Positions 1 through 13,084 of a stretch of 64,000 nt of DNA are shown one piece after another. The translations under genes were made by a program, and so were the position numbers. The stretch is taken from assembly GCA_002269645.1 (NCBI GenBank), contig NIVC01000655.1:62001-126000 (forward strand). Reading direction: 5' to 3'. The notes beneath the pieces are model-generated. The model made no database searches, had not been told where the DNA came from, and worked only from the letters and a program-made list of their open reading frames with translations. Origin of the DNA: Macrostomum lignano (taxonomy: Eukaryota). Positions within the stretch are counted from its first letter, which is position 1, and every line of letters begins with the position of its first letter.

Positions 1-274
1 TACAAGCGTACTGGTCAACAAAAACTCTAACTTCTCATTTAATCGTCGCAGGTAATTGTTTTACGAGCGCATATACGAACAATAAACGTATAATAAACGA
101 ACATATACGCTCGTATATATGAGCGTAATAAACAAACTAATAAATAAATAAACTGGTGCTGTGGGTTTTGTATCCTCATTCAAGCAAAAATATTTTTTTC
201 ATAGCGCTAGTCTGTCTTAACTCAAATATGCAAACGGAAAATCATTTAAACAAACAAAAGTTCGTAAAACTCAC

Positions 275-3200
275 CTAAGAAATCAAGTAGACACGCTGCG
301 ATTGGCCACTCAATGAGAAGTTTAAGATCAGGCAAAAAATCTATGCCGTCATTATCATTTGAGTTACTGGATCGAAAGCTCGCAGCCGTGTCGCAGACGA
401 CGTCGGACAAAACGGAGTATATTTGTGGAGTTCTTTTCGATTGCTCAAATAGCTTCTGGAATGCTTTTTTCTGAAATAAACAGCAAATAAGCAATAAAAA
501 GGCTGTGGATAGGACAGGAGTAAAAAATAGCTGACAAAGAAATTTCCGGCGTCAAATCACATGTCAACTTAAGCCTCTAGAGGAACGGAAGCGGATTATG
601 AAGGCATGAGTTTAGATTCTGGTTCTACTTATTTACAGGTGGCACAAATTCAATCCACAGCTACATGCAGAAGCAGAAAAAAGCTCGGCTCCGGACCAAG
701 CTGACTCCGATAGGGATTTCCAGTAAAGTTAAAGTTCTCTATAATCTAATAACACTTATTTATATAATTCAAGGTTCATTCAGAATCTGGAAAGGTCGCA
801 AAAATCTGACCGTCTGACATCACTATCAACGAGTGAGTAAAAGCGTCACCATAACGAGAGGCGAAACAACGCCAAAAATGATCCGGTTTGTTGATTCTAA
901 ATTGATTCTTACCAATGATCCGGAGTTGTCGAGATGCTTTGTCGGTTTTTCCAACAAGGAATTGAGAATGCAGATGGTTGCACAAGGCTGCATTGCTCCC
1001 AATGTTGAGCTGGTATCAAAAAAATCCACGAGCATTTCCTAAAGTTTGGGAGGGACCGCTTGTTATTATGCCTTTGTGGTTAAATTTTATTCAAAATCTT
1101 ACCTTTCCAAAATACTGAAGTAATCTTGTGAAATACTTTTGGAAGCATTCTGACAATTCTGCTGTGTAGTCAGACTGTTTAATTTGACGAAACATGCTGT
1201 CGAAATTCTAAAATTTCGGTTTTATATTCAACAGATAATTCAGATTATTTTTATAGTTTTCACATTTTAAAATATCTAAGTTTTAGAATGGTCCAAATAC
1301 TTACTCTAATAAGAGTCTCAAGCGTCTCATAGCCGAATGGCTGGCGTGGGGACTTACGAGCTCTAAAAGATTCTTCTATTTTTTCTAGGCTCTTGTTGAT
1401 TTCCTTATTATCTTTTTTTTTCTTTTTATGGCCCCTGCGCATCTTCTCTAGCTTGCAGGAAAGCATGCAATCAACTAATTGAAGGTAAAGTTCCACGTTG
1501 TCAATAGAACAAACTCGATCCCTGATGCTCCTTGTTATCAGCAGACACTGCTTGAGCTCAAAGTCTGTTAGTTCGCTCAGACTTTCTTGCAGTGAGCTAA
1601 TGACGCTCTAAAATAATAACCATGATGGTAAAAATAGCCAGCTGGGATATGCTGAGTTGAGCTCAATTTTTTCGGTAAAAATTTTACTGAGAAACGCGTT
1701 TGTAAATGAGATGAAAACTCACTGGTGCAGCTTCACTGACGGCCTTAAGTTTTTTTGAATCGCTTGTCAGTGACTGCAGAGTGGCAAGCTTAACCAATGC
1801 TGGAACTTTTCTCAACTTAAAAAAGTCGTTAATATAGTCGAAATGTGCAGTTGCGGTGAAAAATCTGCACAGAAGCGGGTCAACTTTTGAGTACTCGGCC
1901 AAAAATTGGTCCACACGGCCGTAGTCGTATCTGAAACATCGTAATAGAAAATCATTTATTTCTACTGCTTAAATATGGCAACAATGTCTATTCTCCTAAA
2001 GCTCTAAATGGAAGCGATGATTTATAGCCTCAGTAAATCAATTAAGATTTCTTTATTGAATTAAAGACAAATTAACTCAACATCCAATATACTTCTGACC
2101 TACGCTTGTAGATGTACTATGTAAGTCGTGTATTGCCGAGGTATTTTCCCTTACCTGTTTTTTTTAAAGAATCCTACTTGTTGGCTTTCATTAAAGCCGC
2201 ACCATTGAGGGAATAGACTTTCTTTAAATTCATAGCAACTGAGATCGGAGTCGGCGGGGTCAACTTTAAGTACCAGCAAGTGGTAGGCCGGTATGGCGAA
2301 CAATAACTCAAAGAAGAAGCTGTCAGTCGTCATAACGTAGTTGAAAAGATTCTCAAGTGCTTGATCTCGTCTAAATTAGATAATAAAATATGCAATCAGT
2401 ATTAAAATATAATAGACTAAATTATAATCAAGGACCACTCAAGAACACAATTAAGACACTACAATCGCGAATATTGGTAGATCATCCAAAAGGCTGGCTT
2501 TTCGCGGCTCGTACGCTCGTTTATATTAGGTGGGGCCAATTCAGAAAGAAGGAATAGTAAAAGTCGCGCAATATCTTTGCTTTATATAGAAAAGGAGATA
2601 CGAGAGTACAGCGGGTCTAGGGCTCGGTCTGTCGAGTCTCGAGAAAGTCTGTAATCCCGGCTCAAATAGTGGGGACAAAATACTCATTTAAAAAGTGAGT
2701 GTTAGACAAGCATTTTATTTTTTTTCAGCTTTAGAATGCAAGCGAAGATGATGGCACATTTATGGAACTGGAATAAAGCTGAGCTATTTTACTTAGCTGT
2801 TAGCCTTCTTTTTCATAAATTAAATCAAATAGCAACTTACAATTGCATTATATGCAATATAACTGTTGTCTTGTAATTATCTAGAATATTTGTAGCCTTA
2901 GTACTCTATTAAATAACATGCGGGCCATAATAACGTATCTAATATTTATACAGCCTCTTCTGGTTCGTTTATGGAATGAGCTGTGCCGATTTTCCCAGAC
3001 TCGTCCGAACTGATTCCCAACAGCTTAGTAATAAATAATAAAGAAAATGTGGCGTGAGTCAACCCCGCTGGCTATCTCGTACCCCGGCTTAGCAAGCTGG
3101 CTTTGGTGCAGTTAGTTATGGCCAGCTAGTAGGTGGGTCGACCTTTGGACTGAACCAATCATATGGAGACGACTGCCACAGGCTTATGCACTACTGCTTT

Positions 3201-3736
3201 AGCGGCTTTACCAATGCTTTCAAAACAACGATAAATATTTTAATGAGCTACCCATACATACATTTCACTCTTGCATACTAATCACCAGATTTACAAAGTA
3301 ATGTTTGAGAAAGGCCACAAAAATCATAAACATAGATTTAAACTGGTATTTTCGATATATGTCCTATTTTATTAATTCGTCCTTGATTATACTGTATGCA
3401 CGGGTGTGATTTCCGCGCACAGGACCACAAAAACAGTTACCAGGGAATATAAATTTCTACATATTATTCAATAACTTTATCCTACCTTCCCGTGAATTTC
3501 TGCATTTTTTCTGGAGCGTAGTTTACAGGAGGAAGCAGGCAATGTAGCAGCTGAACGGCACTGTCTTGTTTGAGTCCTAGAATTCGCTTGTTGGCAGAGA
3601 AACATTCTCCACTTTCAACACACAGCCGCAGCAACTCCAAGCTAATGTTCCAGTCTTCTGCGCTCTTCTGCGCTGATGTCGAAAATCCGTGCTTGCTTGG
3701 AGCAGTCATTACATGGTCAACAAGCGATCGAATGGC
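275..3736 (-). CDS. Downstream exons of the same RNF213-like gene, helical region; gene continues beyond the left edge of the window
   Basis: Phase-compatible GT-AG exons traced by hand: 3736-3486, 2370-2155, 1930-1723, 1607-1305, 1207-1103, 1038-913, [unresolved 912-471], 470-275. Every junction from 7051 to 913 keeps an open frame (e.g. RNT|AIRSLVDHVMTAP, GR|RDQALENLF, AAP|SVISSLQESL, LIR|NFDSMFRQ). Confidence 0.7.
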
Positions 3737-4033
3737 CTAAAAAGAAAAGGCATTTAATATAAACGTATTTATTCTTTGTAATGCATCGGACCTAGGGCAG
3801 TTTCACTTATGGTTGGCTTAAAAGGCTTAAAAGTTGGTTTTGCACAAATATTTCTTCTTTCTATTTGGGTAAAATCCAATCAATTTTCTGAGACTCGATA
3901 TTCTCTGGTCAGTGGCGAATTTTTTTAACGGTAAGCTGATGGATGTCCCGAATACGGGACAAGCAGCCACTTCTGCTGCAGCCGAAAACTTAAAACCAAG
4001 TTCTATGGTCAAAACTGCAGCTGTGCTGCACTG

Positions 4034-6135
4034 CCGTTGCCGACGGCTATGTCCCAAAAAACGGGACACTGCTTTAATTATTTTCATTTAAAATAAGTAG
4101 AAGTGCTAACAGAACAGAAAAAGGATTAAAACAGATATTTTGGATGGGAGGGACACCATAGCAACGGAAACCTTATGTGGGTACTCCATAAATATTTACT
4201 TAAATTTTATTAGAGGGGATGGAAGCCGAGGGGTGGGAACAAAAGGGGGAGTGGTTTAGGAGTGGAGAGCACAAAATCAACCGGGGGTGTGGGAAAAAAC
4301 ATGAAGATGAGATGGCCTGTAACAGTCAGTGCGGTTGGGTGGTGCCAGTTTCTGAAGCACTGGCCTATGCAAAGTGCAGGCATTCCCGGACAATCAGGGC
4401 ATATGTACACTGTCTTCTTCGCGATTCGGTTCTCGCAGCACACACGGCATCGATTGCGCGGCAGAACATGGACAGCGTTCAATGGAGCTTTGGTCGGAAA
4501 ATGCTTTACTGCAGGGCCGTCACCTGCCGGTCCGACTGCTGCAGGACGTCCTGCCCTGACAGCGAAATGGCGCCTGCCAATGCCAGTCTCCTCCACCAGG
4601 ATGCTGATCGATTTACGCAGAAACGCCACAAAAATCTTGGTACCTCCACGAGTTCCGAACTACATGTAGAAGCGGCAGCAGGTAAAACGCGAGTTTCTGA
4701 AACCAGCGCAGCGTCTTCCGACTGGCCAGGTAGGGGTTCGCTGCCGAAACCATACGGTCCACGCCGCCCATGCTCTTCGAGCACGTGACCACTGTCACTG
4801 GCTTCGCGATCACCTGCAGCTCGCCTCCCCGACGGACTCGTGGCACATTCACACAGGCAGCCTGACCAGCAGTGTCCAGGAGATACACGGTCTTTGTTCC
4901 GCTGCTCTTCCTGTCCACAAACTTACAAGCGAGCACCTCGCCGATCCTCACGAAAGCCGCCGCGGTCGGTCGCAGTTGCAGTTGCTGCAGAAACTGCGGG
5001 ACGCCTGGATTCCTGCGCACGGTGCCGGTGAGCCGAGTTCCATTTGCCAGCAGCCAAACGGCCAGCCGATGCGACGTGAACCAGCTGTCCGTGAACACAT
5101 TTTAATTCATGTGCAGGAGTTCACGGCACAGCTCGGCCACAATTCGCGCACTAACAGAGAGGCCACCGCACTCGAGTCCCAGTCCGAACTGTGCATTCGC
5201 GTGCTCCGTGGAGTGAACTGCAAAATTCCACAAGTAGCCAGTCTCCGACTCGCACAGGCAATACAGTTTGACACCGTACCTACTCCTCTTAGTCGGGATA
5301 TACTGCTTGAACAGCAGACGCCTCTTGTACAAGACCAGTGTTTCGTCCACGGGATTGTGCTGGCGCGGCATGTAGTTGTTGCTGCACACCCGATGCAGCT
5401 GGTGCAGAAATGGCTGGATTTTGGCCCATCCTGGACATCCGCGCAGTCGTAGAAACGAAGGCAGGAAAGCAGCTACTTGAAACTATCTCACGAGAGGGCA
5501 TCGGGAATGGACAGAAAGGAGCAAGGAGCAATGGAAAACAGGGTCCTGGCTCCAGTAGCTGCTGATCTCCGGCTTTTTGTCCATTAACAGAACAATAGCT
5601 ATCGAACAGCTTCCTCACCTCCTCATCTGTGTAATCTCTCCAGTTCTTCACCAGCTTTTGCAACTGCTCTTCGTCAGAGCACTCCTCAAATATCTTCCAC
5701 GCCCTACGATTCGTCCAGGTCTTCACGCTTGCAATAATTCCATCAGTGAAGTAGAAACTCCTCTTCGTTTCCATCAGCTGAAGCTGGAGGCCTCCAATCT
5801 GGGCGAACCCCTGGTGTTCCCAGAAACTTGGCTTCATTCGGCACAGCATCCATTCCAGCCTGAACCAACTGCTACTCTGGTACATCACAACTTCCTCCCT
5901 GTCTCCATGCCTTCTTCTTCCTATTTGCCTTCTTCCTCCATAAACTCGTCCTCGATTCTATCTAGCGATTCCAGCGAGTCGTCATCAGTCAAAATGTCTG
6001 TGTAATCGTTTTTATATTCCATGGCAAAAACAGCGCAAGAATGTGCGGCAGCCAGTGAGACAGTAACATATATGCAGAGAAAAATAAGAGAGGCTATTTC
6101 ATTGAAATTGGACAGGGACAGCCGTCGGCAACAGG
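4034..6135 (-). mobile_element. piggyBac element in an intron of the RNF213-like gene; ends uncertain
   Basis: Inverted motif GTTGCCGACGGCT(AT)GTCCC at 4036-4055 and GGGACAGCCGTCGGCAAC at 6115-6132. No TTAA abuts these; the nearest outer TTAAs are 3925-3928 and 6173-6176. Confidence 0.7.
4210..6022 (-). pseudogene. Degenerate piggyBac (DDD) transposase with stops and frameshifts
   Basis: Consecutive frames give FYFTDGIIASVKTWTNRRA, NPVDETLVLYKRRLLFKQYIPTKRSRYGVKLYCLCESETGY, FTDSWFTSHRL..LTGTVRRN, MGGVDR and a C-terminal Cys-rich domain CRVC...CPDC..PALC..CFRNWH. Acidic N-terminus starts at ATG 6022. Confidence 0.92.
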
Positions 6136-7050
6136 GGTGATGCTAAGCCCTACCCGTCGCGTAGAGGTATAGTTAATTATGTAGGAAACTAAAGCAATTC
6201 AGTTGCTGCTTCTATACATGTATCTTGTATTTAGTTAAATCTAATCTAAATTAAATTCGTTAAATCAAATTCAAAAAGTAAAACACTTGGATTAGAAATA
6301 GTTTAGAATTAGAACAGATTGAAACTATCTGGAGTCCGATCAACGAGCTTTCTTCGCAAGACTTCGACTGCTGTAAATTGTGAAACTTAACGAATGCTCA
6401 AGATATTAACATATAGCAAAACGAAGGAGGAAATGAGTAGAAAAACATTTTGTTAAAATCTTTAAGTAAACCTTACAGCCCTGCTTTATTGTAAAATTTG
6501 CACCAAATATATTAATCAATATTATGCATTTATTTACTCATGTTTTATTTTAACTGATTTTGTGTAATTAAGACGATAGTCATGCAATCAGTAACTAATT
6601 TAGTTTGTAAGCAAATGACAGTTATTACAATGAAATACTACTGCAATAAATGAATCAAAATGATACGCATGGATGTATACATACATGAGCAAGCCCTGAA
6701 TCAAGACGAAACCCAATAAAAACTACCACCTAAATATTTTATCCATAAATCTTCGTTATTTATAAAAAATTAATGCGATTTTTTCACTCAGAAGGCTTTG
6801 TAAGACCCAGTGAAGCAATAAAGCAGGCCTGCCATATACTACAAGCTAAGCATTTGATCTGTTCCCAAGAATATCGATGTTTTTGAGCTGATATTTCTCG
6901 GCACAAGAATTTCCTATCTTGCTAGTGTATTTTGCTCAAAAGTCATCCTTTAAGATTTTTGGAAAAATTTACTGTCCTACTTTTACTTAAGCCATCCATG
7001 ATAATTAGACTCGACTAGTCAAATTTTCCAATAAGTATTTATTAACTTAC

Positions 7051-9222
7051 TGTGTTACGGATGTCCTCTGCTTGAATCATCTTATAGTCATAATAGCGAT
7101 GAACGGCCCACTCAACTGCTCTGATAGTGGTGCAAGGAGGATAGGTTCCTACTGCAAGCTCTCTGGCGGCACATTGATTGAGTTGCTCATATACCATTCT
7201 GTAGTATTCATGGCTTAGATTATTGTACTTGCCAAACACAGGATTTAGTTTCGGGCCACTAATGATGCAGTCAAACTGAATCTCGCAATTCGTAATATCT
7301 CGTTTATATTCATGAATATGAACTTCTTCTGAGAACGAGAACCCATTGGTTCTATTCGCTTTAATTGAGTACTCATACTCAAAGCGTATTTTTCCAGAAA
7401 GAGCTCTCTTAGGTAGAAAAAACTTATAGCAAATTTCAGTGAGCTTGTGCATTCTGTCTTCTGAATCTCTCCACTGTGAGAAAGTCATGCATTTCGCATC
7501 GATATAGAATGGTGATTCAGCTGCATTACCGCCACCTAATTCTTTGTTACCGAACACAATTATAACTTCGTCATTTTCAGGGTTGAACTCAAAGCTGTCG
7601 TTGAGAATGTGAAATCGAACTTTCATTGGCAAGATTTCTTCCTGCGGAAATCGTTTTTGGATTTCATTCTGCAGTTGTATTTTAGCACCTGCTTTTAGCG
7701 GCTGCAATCGACCATCTGTCGAGGACTTTAGTTCGAAATCCGTTGTCTTAGTCCTAGTCGATGTTCGTCCAACTGCTTCTTCTTTAGTTACAACTTCGAA
7801 ACTCTGCATTTCTTTGGTTTCTTCCCAGTTGCAAATATTCTTTTTTTGCTGTTTTTCGCTTCGCTGCCCCATGACATGCGGATTACTACTTTGCTGCTCC
7901 GTGCTTTGTGAATCTCTGTTTTGCTGATCAATGCTTAGCAGTTTCCTGTTTCGCTGCTCCGTGCTTTGTGAATCTCTGTTTTGCTGATCAATGCTTACCA
8001 GTTTCCTGTTTCGCTGCTCCGTGCTTTGTGAATCTCTGTTTTGCTGATCAATGCTTAGCAGTTTCCTGTTTCGCTGCTCCGTGCTTTGTAAATCTCGGCT
8101 TTGCTGCTCCGTGCTTTGTAAATATCTTTTTGGCTGCTCCTTGCTATGTGGATCACTGCTTTGCTGCTCCGTGCTTTGTGATTCTCTTTTTTGCTGCTCC
8201 GTGCTTTGTGGATCTCTTTTTTGCTGCTCCGTGCTTTTTTGATCTCTTTTTTGCTGCTCCGTGCTTTTTTGATCTCGGCTTTGCTGCTCCTTGCTTTGTG
8301 GATCACTGCTCTGCTGCTCCGTGCTTTGTGGATCTCTTTTTTGCTGCTCCGTGCTTTTTTGATCTCGGCTTTGCTGCTCCTTGCTTTGTGGATCACTGCT
8401 CTGCTGCTCCGTGCTTTGTGGATCTCTGTTTTGCTGCTCCGTGCTTTGTGGATCTCTGTTTTGCTGCTTCGTAGTTTCCCCCTCAAAGGAATACCGATTT
8501 GAAGTTTCTGGGACAGTGTGTTTCATCATTTGCTCGTAAGCAGTTCGAGAATCCTTTGTGCCTTTCTCCATTTGCTGAAAATTTTCGGGTTCCACTTTTG
8601 TTGAGTTGATGCTTTCGGCCTGTTTGCTTACAATAGGCTCTCTCTTAGAGCTGTCTTTTTGCCCTACAAGATTCAGGTGCATATCACAATCTTCGAGTTC
8701 TTTCGCAGCAGGATCGACAGTTTGGTTAGCACCTTCAGGCATAGTATGCTTTGCAATCGAGCCACGCATATCAGCTAAATAACTTTCTCCAGATTCGAGC
8801 GCTCTAGCTTGAGTCCGATAATTTGTGACTTCACTGTTAGCTGGAACACTTTGAACGGACGAGAAATTGTCTGACTGTCCCTGAGGTTGCGTTGAAAAGC
8901 TTCCGTAGTCAGGAAATATGGCTTCCTTCGGGCAAAGTTCGCAGAAGTAGATGAAGTTACCTTGCACGGTGCATTCGCTGCAAAACGTACTGTCAAGCGA
9001 ATCCCATTCTTCCTCACAGCTCTTGCAAATTTTCTTCCATTGACTATATGAATGCTGGCATTTCGTTAATAGCACTGCATTCGTGCATTCTGGGCACACG
9101 ATTTCACAGTTTTCAGGTTGACCGCATTTAGAACAACATTTTCCTGTTATTTTTTTCTGTTGTGTGTCACATTTAGAACAGCGCTTCCGCAGACTCTCAA
9201 AAGAGTGGCCGCAGCTGCTCAT
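7051..9222 (-). CDS. First coding exon (724 codons) of a large multi-exon gene, RNF213/mysterin-like N-terminus: Cys-rich zinc-ribbon-like start, low-complexity linker, CBM20-like domain
   Basis: ORF 7042..9264. Acceptor TTTTAG ends at 9242, ATG at 9222, donor GTAAGT after 7051 (phase 0). N-terminus has several CxxC pairs including FCSEC. The segment KVRFHILNDSFEFNPENDEVIIVFGNKELG resembles the RNF213 N-arm motif as I recall it ([27 protein letters not shown]). CDS call is strong; family call is from memory. Confidence 0.7.
7862..8470 (-). repeat. Coding 30-bp tandem repeat (QQNRDPQSTE-like, about 20 units) inside the large exon
   Basis: Repeated TTTGCTGCTCCGTGCTTTGTGGATCTCTGT-type units; frame preserved throughout. 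Confidence 0.9.
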
Positions 9223-9364
9223 GGCGCTCGGCCGTTGTGGTCTAAAAGTAAAAATAAAAATCAACGCCTATCATATCTGGATGGACGAAACAATTTGTTG
9301 AATACAGAACGAAAAATGCACCAATCGTTATATAGCAATTCTTTCTTTTTCTACGATAAATGAG

Positions 9365-11045
9365 GGCAAAGAAGGGCGGATAGAGAAACGAGAAAGAGAA
9401 GGGATGGGGGAAGTGTAAAAGAGGGAAAGACGGAAAAGAAAGACAAAAGGAGGGAGGGAGAGTGGGAGAGAGGAGGCAGGGAGGGAAGGAGGAGAGGCAA
9501 GGAGGAAAGAGAGAAGGGAGAGAAGGGAGGAGGATGAAGGAGGGGAAGACGAAGGAGGGGAGGATGAAGGAGAGAGGAGGGAGGAGTGAGAAGGGAGGAG
9601 GGGCAAGGAGGGAGGAGTGAGAAAGGGGGAGGGAGAAAGGGAGGAGGTGAGGAGGAAAGAGAGTGGGAGAGGAGGGAGGGGGATGAAGAAGAGAGGAGGG
9701 AGGGTTAGGAAAGAGCAGGGAGGCAAGCAGGGAGGGATGAGGAGGGAAGGAGGGAGAAGGAGGAAGGAGGGGCAAGAGTGAGGAGGGAGGGGTGAAGAGG
9801 GAGGGGCAAGGAGGGGGCAAGGAGGGAGGGGCAAGGAGGGAGGGACAAGGAGGGAGGGAGGGAGGGGTAAGAAGGGGTAAGGAGGGAGGGACAAGGAGGG
9901 AGGGTTAGGACGGAGCTGAGGCAAGAAGGGAAGAAGGGAGGAGTGACGAGGGAGGAAGGAGGAGGGAGGGATGAGGAGGGAGCATGGGCAAAGAGAGAGG
10001 GGGTAAAACAAGGAGGAAAGGGTGAGGAGGGAGGAGGGAAGAGGGAAGGAGGGAGGAAATTAGAAGAGATAAGGAGGAAAGAGAGTAGGGAGAGGAGGGA
10101 GGTGGGAGGGGTGAGGAGGGAGGAGGGGCAAGGAGGAAGGAGGGGCAAGGAGGGGGGTAAGAAGGAGCATGGGCAAGAAAAGAGGGGTAGGGCAAGGAGG
10201 AAGGGGTAAGGAGGGAGGAGAGAAGAGGGAAGGAGGGAGGAAGGGAGGAGAGATGGGGAGGAAAGAGAGTAGGGAGAGGAGGGAGGAGGAAGGGATGAGG
10301 ATCGAGGGAGGAGGGGCAAGGAGGGAGGAGGGGCAAGGAGGGAGGAGGGGCAAGGAGGGAGGAGGGGCAAGGAGGGAGGAGGGGTAAGGAGGGAGGAGGG
10401 GCAAGGAGGGAGGGGTGAGGAGGGAGGAGGGGAAGGAGGGAGGAGGGGCAAGGAGGGAGGAGGGGCAAGGAGGGAGGAGGGGCAAGGAGGGAGGGGTGAG
10501 GAGGGAGGAGGGGAAGGAGGGAGGAGGGGCAAGTAGGGAGGGGTGAGGAGGGAGGAGGGGCAAGGAGGGAGGAGGGGCAAGGAGGGAGGAGGGGCAAGGA
10601 GGGAGGAGGGGCAAGGAGGGAGGAGGGGCAAGGAGGGAGGAGGGGCAAGGAGGGAGGGGTGAGGAGGGAGGAGGGGAAGGAGGGAGGAGGGGCAAGTAGG
10701 GAGGGGTGAGGAGGGAGGAGGGGAAGGAGGGAGGAGGGGCAAGGAGGGAGGAGGGGCAAGGAGGGAGGAGGGGCAAGGAGGGAGGAGGGCAAGGAGGGAG
10801 GAGGGGCAAGGAGGGAGGGGTGAGGAGGGAGGAGGGGCAAGGAGGGAGGAGGGGCAAGGAGGGAGGGGTGAGGAGGGAGGAGGGGAAGGAGGGAGGAGGG
10901 GCAAGGAGGGAGGGGTGAGGAGGGAGGAGGGGCAAGGAGGGAGGAGGGGCAAGGAAGGAGGAGGGGCAAGGAGGGAGGAGAGGCAAGGAGGGAGGAGAAG
11001 CAAAGAGGGAGGGGCAAGGAGGGAGCGGTGAGGAGGGAGGAGATA
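9365..11045. repeat. Purine-rich (GGA/GGGCAA) low-complexity tract with GAGGGAGGAGGGGCAAG-like units
   Basis: Almost pure G/A on the + strand; explains the Pro/Leu/Ser ORFs at 9242-11142. Confidence 0.95.
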
Positions 11046-13084
11046 TTGAGGTATTGTGGGGAAGGGATTTCTCTATGAGAAATGACTGTGGAAATAAGGG
11101 AAATAAGTGGGAAATAAGGTTCATCTGATTCACTGGTAACAAAGGCGTAGAGAACTTAAGTATCTCTAGACATGAGTCAGGCGACTAGGGATTCTGTCAA
11201 ATAATACATCAATAGTGAAGATGCATGTTGGTTTGGCTTGAACTTAGTAGCTGCAGTCCCGGACTGAAAGAAATAGCATTTCATCGGAACAGAAGTTTCC
11301 TTATGATTTACAGAGCTGTCTACTTGTCGTCTTCAGTAGCATAAATCGAATTTTTTGTTTGTACGAGAGTAATTTATTTCAGAAATCATTTCTACACTAA
11401 ACTGAGGAATATTAGCATTTAGAAATTAACGGTACGGTCTTTCAGTCAGTCGGTGAGAATTGGAGATGTTGCGATCTGCAGGACCGAGACTGTCTGTGTT
11501 AAGACCTATACACCTACTGATAGTGCTTCAGAGTAGTAAATTTAGGGATGTCTATTCTCTAACATTCAAATACGAGCTATCATTTGATTCAAACAGCGTC
11601 GGAACAGTTAGGCAAAAATCAGGCTTATAGGTAACTCATCATGCAGAAGTCCTAATCACCCCGAAATTTCTTGTTCTTTTTTCAGGAACTAAAAATGAAT
11701 GAGTGCAAATATAAATATAAGTTAAAATAAATATAGCTCGTAAAGTAATTACGAAAATCCAAAATCTAAAAGAAAAATACTTGGAGCTTTTTGTAAGACA
11801 CTTTCTCGTTTTCTTTTACTTGGAAGAGAAGGAAACTAAAAGCCCTTATTATCTGTGACGCTATTTCTCCTGCTACGTATATGTATAACACAGCATTACG
11901 AGCGTATAACTTTTTGATCAGAAAAGCTGTTAATGTATTTTTGACGAAATTAGTATATGAATACTTCTTACCAAGACTTTCTTGTGATCAGTGTATAGTG
12001 TAGACTTTTCTAAAGGCTTTATATCAAGCGTTGTTTATCTTCGGTGTGTAAAGAGAAAATGAAAATATAATGAGCAAAGCAACGAGGGTGTCGGTTAAAT
12101 ACCCAGAGCAAAGATGGAACTTCGGTTCACAGCTGTACAGATTCAAGTACATCTTAGTACACATCCAAAAGAGAACTTCGATTCATAGATGTACAAAAAT
12201 TTAAGTTGCGGGCTGCGGTGTGCGACATTTAAGCGCGTACATCAGTTGCACAAAATGAAGTATGCTCAAATTTTCTCAATTCTCTAGCTATATTCAGGCT
12301 TGGAAAAGTTTTGGAAAATTCCATTTTAAACCATGCAGCTTCAAAACAATTGAAGCACTATTAAGCAAGACAAGTAACTAGCGCAAAGCAAAACAGGGTG
12401 GGCTGCTGAGAGATCATCTATTCTAAAAAAACTAGCATTAACTACTCTTAGAAGACTGCCGAGTTGGAATATTCCATAAACACTTAAGTTTGTCGCATCG
12501 CAGTTGGGTCTTGTCTTAGTGACAAATAGCTCAAGTCTAATGGGCCGACAAACAATCGAACCATTTCTTACCCTCACCCATCCACCCAGTCCTGCAGGGC
12601 TACAAAAAAACTGCTGTGTCGCAAATCTTTAGCTATTATCCACTCAGTTGTACAGTCACCTTTTTTTTCAAAAGAAGCTAGGTACAAAAGTTTTTTGCTA
12701 CACTCGTTTGTCCGACTATTTTTTCCATCAAATGACCATCTGTTCACCAATTTCTTGTTCAATTGTGCGATTCGATATCGTAACTTAAAATCAGGTTTTT
12801 CTGCTTTGATTGTCTTCTACGAGCGTAAAAGACGCTTAATAGGCGACCACAGATGGATGACCGGCACCTGACTGTTAATTTGTCATCAGCTAAAGCGACA
12901 TGGCATACAAAAGTTCCAAACCCAGATGGGAGAATTCATTATCTGGACCTTGCCACAGAATACACGGAATGCTCATTCGCGCTATCTGCAGAGAGCTGAG
13001 AGCTGTGTCTGGGCTTGATCTAAATAGGCCAGCTGATAAAGTACAGAGGGACAGAAACCGGAATTGACGACATTACCCGAGAGA

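Noticed and set aside
3827-4087. 86-aa ORF as an extra exon of the RNF213-like gene
   Set aside because: It overlaps the piggyBac end repeats, lacks good splice sites, and the 7051->3736 junction is already in phase.
9242-11142. Proline-rich (extensin-like) ORFs
   Set aside because: Low-complexity purine/pyrimidine tract open in all frames; most likely intronic or upstream DNA of the RNF213-like gene.
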